DNA of 64,000 nucleotides from a virus (Duplodnaviria; Heunggongvirae; Uroviricota; Caudoviricetes): IMG/VR virus record IMGVR_UViG_3300017987_000047; one strand, 5' to 3'. Shown piece by piece: positions 57,208 to 64,000 of this stretch (position 1 is its first letter; each line of letters starts with the position of its first letter). The notes under the pieces were generated by a model. It saw only the letters and a program-made list of their open reading frames with translations, ran no database searches and was not told where the DNA came from. The position numbers and the translations under genes were made by a program.

Positions 57208-57804
57208 ATGGATTCGCTATTAACCCACAAAAATCCTGAGATACGGAAAATTGTAAAACAGGTTATAGTTCATAAAAGAAGAAGATTTTCTGTTGCGAGA
57301 AATAGACGAGTAACTCAAGATTTCCTTAATGCTATTATTAGACTTAACTATCCTTTAGTTCTTATGGGGGATACTTTGTTCGACCAAACAGGCTTAAAAG
57401 AAATTACTGCAGATATCATCTGCACAGGAGTTCTATCTTTTAAGAATTGCAAAGATTTTGAAAGAATCTCGGGGAATATAATCGCTGGGGGCTTGTTAGT
57501 TAAGGATTGCCCCCGGCTAAAAGAAATTACTGGAACATTTGAAGCTGATAAAGAATCTGCAATTATAAATTGTCCGAAATTAAAAGTCTTACCGAAAGTT
57601 CTTAATGGGGTTATCAAACTTAGGCTTGAAGAAGAGAATCAATTAAAAGAAGACCTTTTTGAAAATATTGGAAAGGTAATTAAGCAGACGCTAAGTCAAG
57701 CTGGATACAAAAACTTGGAGGAGCTTGATACCTATTCGAAGGAAATGCTCTCTTCCTACTATAATCTATACTTAACAAGTCGCATATCAATAGGAGACAT
57801 ATAA
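57208..57804 (+). CDS. LRR-like protein with N-terminal tag
   Basis: xxCPxLKxI repeats; MDSLLTHKNPEIRKIVK. Confidence 0.7.
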   Translation: MDSLLTHKNPEIRKIVKQVIVHKRRRFSVARNRRVTQDFLNAIIRLNYPLVLMGDTLFDQTGLKEITADIICTGVLSFKNCKDFERISGNIIAGGLLVKDCPRLKEITGTFEADKESAIINCPKLKVLPKVLNGVIKLRLEEENQLKEDLFENIGKVIKQTLSQAGYKNLEELDTYSKEMLSSYYNLYLTSRISIGDI

Positions 57805-58118
57805 TGGCTTATTCCCGTTGGTCAACTTCAGTCTGGTACGTTTATTGGAGAATCCCTGCCCCGATTTGCATCCATAAACATCAAGAAATCTTAGCTTGCC
57901 ACCATTCTGACAACGCAGACGAGGAGCCGCAGGAACTTTCTTTTTTAGACGTTGAGCAGTTTGTTAAAAAACCAAACTGGAATCTTTGGAAACAGGAATT
58001 AACGGATATTGAAAAAGACGAGCTAATTGAGCGGATGCAAGAATGGCTTAAGGACGTAGCGGAAAAATGGAAAAATAAGAAAAATAAAAAATATAACAAG
58101 AAAAAAATAAAAAGGTAA
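57804..58118 (+). CDS. Hypothetical protein
   Basis: AGGAG RBS; MAYSRWS.SVWY. Confidence 0.65.
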   Translation: MAYSRWSTSVWYVYWRIPAPICIHKHQEILACHHSDNADEEPQELSFLDVEQFVKKPNWNLWKQELTDIEKDELIERMQEWLKDVAEKWKNKKNKKYNKKKIKR

Positions 58119-58136
58119 AAGCTTGGAGTCTGGAAG

Positions 58137-58604
58137 ATGAAAACCCAATATGTTGAATTCCAACAATTCGAACGGGAATGTGAAAGTTCTGTTCTTCTCA
58201 AGCTTTCGACCCGACAGCATTTTGTTAAATTTAAGGATCCACACGAATTAGCTTTTTTCTGGTATGAGTCTGGCGAGGGTGATGATGCGGAGGATGGCTA
58301 CGATGGTGCTGTTTATTTCGGAATTTATAACCCAAAAACCAAATTTAAAAAAATTGGGTATATTACAGAAAAGTTTTTAAGAGAAACTATTAAGGTGCGA
58401 GGAAAGAAATACTATATTGATAAAACAAGACAAGGCTTCGATTTTGTCGTGCTTAATATCTACAAATATTATTCGATATTTACACTTCAAATACTAGGGG
58501 TGCGGCTAAATGTAAAACCACCAAAAGCTCCAAGAATAACAGAATATTTAACTCATAAAAAAGAATCGATTAGGTTGGCGGCGAAACGAGTTTTAGAATC
58601 TTAA
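58137..58604 (+). CDS. Hypothetical protein with C-terminal tag
   Basis: EYLTHKKESIRLAAKR. Confidence 0.7.
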   Translation: MKTQYVEFQQFERECESSVLLKLSTRQHFVKFKDPHELAFFWYESGEGDDAEDGYDGAVYFGIYNPKTKFKKIGYITEKFLRETIKVRGKKYYIDKTRQGFDFVVLNIYKYYSIFTLQILGVRLNVKPPKAPRITEYLTHKKESIRLAAKRVLES

Positions 58605-58608
58605 AAAC

Positions 58609-58640
58609 CTTCGAAGCTCAAAAGAATTTCCCCATATATT
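58609..58640 (+). promoter_or_regulatory. CG-N21-TATATT promoter
   Basis: Recurrent motif. Confidence 0.6.
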
Positions 58641-58731
58641 AAATAGGAGAAAAAATAACAAAGGAGTTGTTCTGGCCTAGCTTCTGAGTTTGGTTCGTTT
58701 TTTACCCCCATAGTTGAAAAGGAAAAAAGAG

Positions 58732-59532
58732 ATGCAAAACACCCATCTACTGATTATTGATCCTCAGCATGACTTCTGTGACCCCTCGGGTGCCCTGTTT
58801 GTTCCGGGTGCGGAAAAGGACATGGAACGTCTTGCAGCGTTTGTTGGCCGGGTGGGCGATAAGCTGTCCAAGATCCATGTGACGCTTGATAGCCATCACT
58901 ACGTCGACATCGCACACCCTGTCTTCTGGAAGGACTCTTCTGGAAAACATCCCGATCCTTTCACAATCATCTCCAAGGATGATGTGAAGAATGGGGTCTG
59001 GACAACTACAAAGCCGGGGTGGCACAAGAAGGCGCTTGCTTACGTCGAGCAGCTTGAGGCCAATAACAGGTATCTCCTTTGTGTCTGGCCTCCGCACTGC
59101 TTGATTGGGAGTCGAGGTTACGAAGTCGTTCCCGATTTGATGGATGCCCTTACAAAGTGGACGGATGACCACTTTGGCTTCATTGATTGGGTTGCGAAGG
59201 GGCATAACCCCTTCACCGAGCACTACTCTGGGGTTGCGGCGGAAGTGCCTGACCCGCAAGACCCAGCAACCCAGATCAATACCAATCTGGTCAAAACCCT
59301 CACGGATGCGGATGTCGTTCTGATTGCTGGCGAGGCTAGCAGCCATTGCCTCGCTAACACGGTACGAGACATCGCAAACAACTTCAATGACGACTCCTAC
59401 ATCCAGAAGCTTGTTCTTCTGGAGGACGCAACGAGCCCTGTTCCCTCCTTTGAGAATCTTACTGATGATTTCACCAAAGAGATGACTGGGCGGGGGATGC
59501 AGCTTTCTTCCACAACTGAGTGGATGAAATAA
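58732..59532 (+). CDS. Nicotinamidase/isochorismatase family hydrolase
   Basis: IIDPQHDFC, TLDSH, WPPHC, EHYS, GEASSHC. Confidence 0.9.
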   Translation: MQNTHLLIIDPQHDFCDPSGALFVPGAEKDMERLAAFVGRVGDKLSKIHVTLDSHHYVDIAHPVFWKDSSGKHPDPFTIISKDDVKNGVWTTTKPGWHKKALAYVEQLEANNRYLLCVWPPHCLIGSRGYEVVPDLMDALTKWTDDHFGFIDWVAKGHNPFTEHYSGVAAEVPDPQDPATQINTNLVKTLTDADVVLIAGEASSHCLANTVRDIANNFNDDSYIQKLVLLEDATSPVPSFENLTDDFTKEMTGRGMQLSSTTEWMK

Positions 59533-59575
59533 AAGGTTTCTTTCGGCAATTTCAACTCCAAACAAAGGAAGAAAA

Positions 59576-60301
59576 ATGGACACTGAAAGCCAGCCCCTGA
59601 TGGTCTCGAATTTCGGGTTCTCCGCAGTGAATGTCGATGACCTCGGCGCAACGGAATATACCCTCGTAGGAATCGCCTGTGATGTTAGCACAAGCGTTTC
59701 CGGTTTCCGCAAGGAAATGGAAGACTGCCTGAAGGAAATTGTCCGGGCATGTTATTCTAGCCCTCGGGCGGATAACTTAATGCTCCGAACTGTCTTCTTC
59801 AACAGCCGCCTTTCCGAGTTCCATGGCTTTAAGCCGTTGGGAAATCTTAACCCGGATGACTATGATGGAAGCCTCAGCCCAGGAGGGATGACGGCACTCT
59901 GCGATGCCACGGTGAACATCATCGAGTCCCTGGGTACCTATGGTAAAGATCTCGTTGAAAGCGATTTCGATACCAACGGTATTGTGATCGTCATTACCGA
60001 CGGGATGGACAACCATTCAACAAACACGGTCAACCAGGCAAAGGAAGCCCTGGCGAAGATTACCAAGGATGAAAACCTTGAAAGCATCCGAACAATCCTT
60101 GTCGGGGTGGTTCAGGATGACCAAATGATCAAGGATTACCTGGATGATTTCCAGGCTGAGGTCGGGTTTGACCAGTATGTCACGCTAGGAAGTGCCGACG
60201 CGAAGACATTGGCAAAGCTTGCTGACTTTGTTTCGAAATCGATCTCCGCCCAATCCCAGGCTTTGGGAACTGGCGGGCCTTCCCAGTCACTCAGCTTCTA
60301 A
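59576..60301 (+). CDS. vWA domain protein (TerY-like)
   Basis: DVSTS, GMTAL.DA, ITDGMDN. Confidence 0.85.
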   Translation: MDTESQPLMVSNFGFSAVNVDDLGATEYTLVGIACDVSTSVSGFRKEMEDCLKEIVRACYSSPRADNLMLRTVFFNSRLSEFHGFKPLGNLNPDDYDGSLSPGGMTALCDATVNIIESLGTYGKDLVESDFDTNGIVIVITDGMDNHSTNTVNQAKEALAKITKDENLESIRTILVGVVQDDQMIKDYLDDFQAEVGFDQYVTLGSADAKTLAKLADFVSKSISAQSQALGTGGPSQSLSF

Positions 60302-60321
60302 GTCGCCCCGTCGCCGAATCA

Positions 60322-60351
60322 GAAAGGGGAGGGAAACCTCCCCTTTCTTTT
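60322..60351 (+). terminator. Intrinsic terminator
   Basis: GAAAGGGGAGG-GAAA-CCTCCCCTTTC plus TTTT. Confidence 0.85.
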
Positions 60352-60370
60352 CCGCTGAAAAACATAAAAC

Positions 60371-61141
60371 ATGAATTCCGACTCTTATTTCGCCATTGGG
60401 CATAGTCACCATGTATGTGAAGACTATGCTTTTGCCGGGCCAACTGCATGTTCCAAAACCCCTATCGCAGTTGTCTCCGACGGGTGTTCAACCGCACCCA
60501 ATACGGATATCGGGTCCCGAATTCTCACACGGGCAATTTTGTTAAATTATCCTTTAAACCTATCAGAATCAATCCGGGGCGCCTACCAGGCGACTAAAAC
60601 CCTTGGTCTGACATTTGATTCTCTCTTCGCAACGATTTTAACGTTAGAGTTTACCCCCGAGAATCAAATTAAGGCGCAGGTTTCGGGGGATGGTGGGGTT
60701 ATTGCGAGAAAAAGAGAATCTCAAGAATTAGAAGTTTATTGGTTAAATTATTGTTCCAATGCCCCCGAGTACCTTGCTTACTTGCTTCACACCCCTTCAT
60801 ACAGTAGGTTCCTAGATTCTTTTGGGAATCAAAAAGCAGCTGAGATTACGACGCTGGGACCTGACGGAGAGGTTAAGAGCAGTTTTGCTGAATTCCCGGA
60901 GGATTTAGTTTATGAAAGGTACTTCGACCCAGCGGATTACGATCTCATTGCGGTAACATCTGATGGGGTTGATTCTTTTGCTGGCCTCGGGTATATTGAC
61001 GTTATTAAACGTATTATGTCTTTCAAAAATTATAAGGGCGAATTTGTTAAACGGAGAGTCAAACGATTCTTGAAAGAAATTGCAGCTGAAAAAATTAGGC
61101 ACGATGACGATGTTAGTCTTGCTGCGATTTATCTAAAGTAA
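60371..61141 (+). CDS. PP2C-like phosphatase
   Basis: SH..CEDY, VSDGCS, GDG, TSDG, DDVS. Confidence 0.85.
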   Translation: MNSDSYFAIGHSHHVCEDYAFAGPTACSKTPIAVVSDGCSTAPNTDIGSRILTRAILLNYPLNLSESIRGAYQATKTLGLTFDSLFATILTLEFTPENQIKAQVSGDGGVIARKRESQELEVYWLNYCSNAPEYLAYLLHTPSYSRFLDSFGNQKAAEITTLGPDGEVKSSFAEFPEDLVYERYFDPADYDLIAVTSDGVDSFAGLGYIDVIKRIMSFKNYKGEFVKRRVKRFLKEIAAEKIRHDDDVSLAAIYLK

Positions 61142-61464
61142 TGAATATACTTGATAAACTTTTCAAAGTTATTGAGATTTCCCCTGGTGTTTCTGATAGG
61201 CCTTATTTCGTTTGGTTACACCCAACCAAAAAGATTTTTATTGAAATAGACTGTATCGCAGGGGAAATGGATTATAACTCCAGTGAGAATATATATTCCG
61301 AGTGGTATGCTGGTATAAAAGATTTCAAAAATTTTGGGAAAGATGTCGATGTCGAGTGTAAGCAAACTTTTTATTATGAAGAGGTTTCGTTTAAGGTGCT
61401 CCTAACACACGCTTGTCCTGAAACTAGAGCTTGGGCGAAAGAAAAGCTATGGGAATCAAAATAA
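61141..61464 (+). CDS. Hypothetical protein with C-terminal tag
   Basis: VLLTHACPETRAWAK. Confidence 0.7.
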   Translation: MNILDKLFKVIEISPGVSDRPYFVWLHPTKKIFIEIDCIAGEMDYNSSENIYSEWYAGIKDFKNFGKDVDVECKQTFYYEEVSFKVLLTHACPETRAWAKEKLWESK

Positions 61465-63113
61465 CCCTAAAAGGCCAAAACCTAGTCCTTACCGATAGAT
61501 ACTTCGTAGGGCAAGGTGGGGAAGGAAGCATCTATGCCAAAGGTAAAACTGCCTATAAGGTTTACCTTGATTCCAAGAAAATGATTCCCACAGGCAAAAT
61601 TGACGAGTTAGCCGTTATTTCAGATAAGAGGGTTATTAAGCCTGAAGATGTCATTCTTAAGCGGAATAAGCCTGTTGGCTATACAATGCGTTATGTTAAA
61701 AATACTTATGCATTATGTCAACTTTTTACTAAAGCTTTCCGTGATCGTAATTCCCTCTCAACCAATATCTGTTTAAGCCTTGCGCGTGGTATGCAAGACA
61801 CCATGCAGCATATTCACGAAAACGACGTTCTAGTTGTCGATGCAAACGAAATGAACTTTCTCGTTGCAAAGACATTTAAGGAAGTCTATTTCATTGATGT
61901 TGATAGTTACCAGACAAAAAGCTATCCTCCAACTGCTATTATGGAAAGTATTAGGGATCGGCACTCTAGTACCTTCAACGAAAACACTGATTGGTTTGCT
62001 TGGGCAGTAGTTACGTTCCAATTGCTGGTTGGCATCCATCCTTATAAAGGAAAGCATCCTTCTGTTAAAGGGCTTGATGATCGGATGACGAAGAATATTT
62101 CGATTTTCGATAAGCAAGTCCGCGTGCCAAAAGCATGCCTTTCTCCAGATGTCATACCCAAGGTTTTAAGAGACTGGTATTTTGATGTCTTTGAGAATGG
62201 GCAGCGTGGCGCTCCCCCTATCGATCTCAGCAAAGCAGTTCCTATTGTTGCGGCTACTATTTCCTATGTCAATTGGGATGCCTTTAAGGTTGAAGCAGAA
62301 TATACCTACGACTTAGAAGTCCAGGAGTATTTCAGGAAAAACCAAAAGGAATGTGTGGCTGGGGTGAAACAGGTTTGTTTAGATCGACGCCGTTATATAG
62401 ACTTCGAGAAACCGAGTCTTGGAATCTTCGGATCAAATGTATTAGCAGCAAACATTAAAGATGATAAGATAAATTTATTGAGTTTAACATACCAAAAACC
62501 TCTAAAAGCGCCCGAAATTAAGGCAGACAGCCTAATGAGCTACGATGGGCGGTTTTATGTTAAATCTGGCGAAAATCTCCTGGAATTAACATTCCAAGGT
62601 TCTGAGTCTAGCCCACTTGTGGTTTATCAAAAAATCGGGAATGTGATGGAGAATGCAACTCAACTCTTCCCAGGGGTTGCTATCCAAAGCATGCTTGGTT
62701 CTTACTTTGCTTCTGTTTTTCCTGCCCCAAATACTTGTAGCCAAACCCGCTTACCTGACCTTGATGGATATCGTATTCTCGACGCTAAGTACGATAAAAA
62801 TCTATTAATGGTTGTTGGGATAAAGAAAGGCGAGTATGACCGCTTTATCTTTAATCTAAAGGATGGTAAAGTAAAAGAAAGCCGTAAAGTTAAGAACGTT
62901 ATGTATTCTGGCCTTAACTTTACAGTATTAGATAAAGGAATTTGTATTTCCATCACGGAACAGGATAACATTGAAATTTTCCACCAAAATGCTTTAACAA
63001 AAATTAAGGCGATTACGGATAAGAAGATCCACGGTGGAATGCGTCTTACTTCTGATGGGAATAAAGTACTTTTCTTTGATAAGACTAAACTTCATAGTAT
63101 AACAATGAAATAA
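61449..63113 (+). CDS. Ser/Thr kinase-like protein with beta-rich C-terminus
   Basis: GQGGEG..Y, AYK, DANEMN, IDVDS, DWFAW...GIHPY. Confidence 0.85.
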   Translation: MGIKITLKGQNLVLTDRYFVGQGGEGSIYAKGKTAYKVYLDSKKMIPTGKIDELAVISDKRVIKPEDVILKRNKPVGYTMRYVKNTYALCQLFTKAFRDRNSLSTNICLSLARGMQDTMQHIHENDVLVVDANEMNFLVAKTFKEVYFIDVDSYQTKSYPPTAIMESIRDRHSSTFNENTDWFAWAVVTFQLLVGIHPYKGKHPSVKGLDDRMTKNISIFDKQVRVPKACLSPDVIPKVLRDWYFDVFENGQRGAPPIDLSKAVPIVAATISYVNWDAFKVEAEYTYDLEVQEYFRKNQKECVAGVKQVCLDRRRYIDFEKPSLGIFGSNVLAANIKDDKINLLSLTYQKPLKAPEIKADSLMSYDGRFYVKSGENLLELTFQGSESSPLVVYQKIGNVMENATQLFPGVAIQSMLGSYFASVFPAPNTCSQTRLPDLDGYRILDAKYDKNLLMVVGIKKGEYDRFIFNLKDGKVKESRKVKNVMYSGLNFTVLDKGICISITEQDNIEIFHQNALTKIKAITDKKIHGGMRLTSDGNKVLFFDKTKLHSITMK

Positions 63114-63123
63114 CGGAGCAGCT

Positions 63124-63531
63124 ATGTCGATGCGGCCACCAAAAAGACCGGCAGAGTGTGTTTTTACTATTGAACTATATAGTGAAGCATGTAGAACGCC
63201 CGTCAAGAAGTTAATGGATGAAAGCTTAGATAAGCATGAATTTGCGTGCTTATTCAAAAAAGGGCTAGGGCCTTTCAGAGTTGACCTTACTCCCGAAGTA
63301 CCTAAGATAGCTCTCATGTATAAAAATTACCATGATGCACATGGGGTGTTTTGCCAAACGGATCATGGGAATTATTTTAGTAGGTGGGCTGCTGATTTTA
63401 TAGAAAACTTGCCCAAGCATTATTATAAAATCGCACATTTTTATGGGAATGAAGGTTGGGCTAAAAAACCCGAAGAAATAAAAGCCGTTGAATCCCTTGA
63501 AAATAAAGTAATTGAAATCCCAATGCCTTAG
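63124..63531 (+). CDS. Hypothetical protein
   Basis: GGAG RBS. Confidence 0.6.
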   Translation: MSMRPPKRPAECVFTIELYSEACRTPVKKLMDESLDKHEFACLFKKGLGPFRVDLTPEVPKIALMYKNYHDAHGVFCQTDHGNYFSRWAADFIENLPKHYYKIAHFYGNEGWAKKPEEIKAVESLENKVIEIPMP

Positions 63532-63543
63532 AAGGATTTTTGT

Positions 63544-63957
63544 ATGTTTAAAAAACCTTTAATCGATAAACGCTCCTTAAAAAAAGTAAAAGGGGTAGAA
63601 ACTCCTTTCGGCCAACTTGTTTCAAAAACATTTGGATGGCTTGCTAAGCAAGGCCATAAATCAAATGCGGGGACAGTAGAGGCAAAACTAGAATGGGACT
63701 CTGAAAGGGTGGATAAGAGCCCCAAAGGTAAATATAAAATGGAATTAGTTTATCGTTTAATTACTTATGAAGAAGCAGAATTGAGAGATAAGGAGAAAAA
63801 AGAAGAGGAAGAAAGAGACGGGACCATAAACCTTAACGACAATCCAGAAGAGTTCCTCAAAAAACTTCAACAAATGGACCAGGTTACAGAGGCTGGAATC
63901 CGAATTGTTCGGAAAGGAGATGGGTCGTCAGATTTTGATGCGAAAGTGCGAGGCTAA
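63544..63957 (+). CDS. Hypothetical protein
   Basis: AAGGA RBS. Confidence 0.6.
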   Translation: MFKKPLIDKRSLKKVKGVETPFGQLVSKTFGWLAKQGHKSNAGTVEAKLEWDSERVDKSPKGKYKMELVYRLITYEEAELRDKEKKEEEERDGTINLNDNPEEFLKKLQQMDQVTEAGIRIVRKGDGSSDFDAKVRG

Positions 63958-64000
63958 CCATTTATTGTTCCTTGTAAGGAGAAAAAGAGAGATGAACGAA

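Noticed and set aside
58747-59712. Long antisense ORFs (also 33470-34096, 42510-43043, 46142-46522)
   Set aside because: Shadows of GC-rich or repetitive sense genes with clear family motifs.
14902-61464. Tag as a DNA-level repeat, MITE or DGR variable region
   Set aside because: Underlying codons differ synonymously; no shared flanks, template repeat or reverse transcriptase seen.
758-63957. Wholesale TAG reassignment (code 15/16) in this window
   Set aside because: Conserved genes are uninterrupted in code 11 and several end in TAG at natural C-termini.

Overview
This looks like a gene-dense, AT-rich accessory arm of a large (jumbo/huge) bacteriophage or phage-like element. Support: rIIA/rIIB pair, T4 gp30.3-like NADAR protein, two RNA ligases, dispersed CCA-less tRNA genes, HNH nucleases and many short orphan ORFs. 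No virion or replication genes lie in the window, so the assignment is inferred. Genes at ~2.1-29.6 kb run leftward and genes from 29.8 kb run rightward. Host-like cargo includes glnA, canonical purA, sugar-nucleotide enzymes (one with an intein at its catalytic Cys), three sulfotransferases, Pth2, a ClpS-like protein, a MoxR/vWA pair and a nicotinamidase-vWA-PP2C-kinase block. There are 13 intact tRNAs, including an amber suppressor (CUA) and all four Ser isoacceptors, plus three aberrant tRNA genes. The most striking unexplained signal is one ~17-aa peptide, (L/Y/F)LT(H/S)x(D/N)Px(I/L/V)RxxAK, present once, usually at a terminus, in ~25 otherwise unrelated proteins across the window: a candidate portable protein address or docking tag. 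Other notable signals: a CG-N21-TATWWT promoter repeated 11 times with exact spacing, an AUG-ACU-UAG leader switch, and a TnpB flanked by two alternative 5' ends of a sulfotransferase gene. All calls are by eye; no searches were run.
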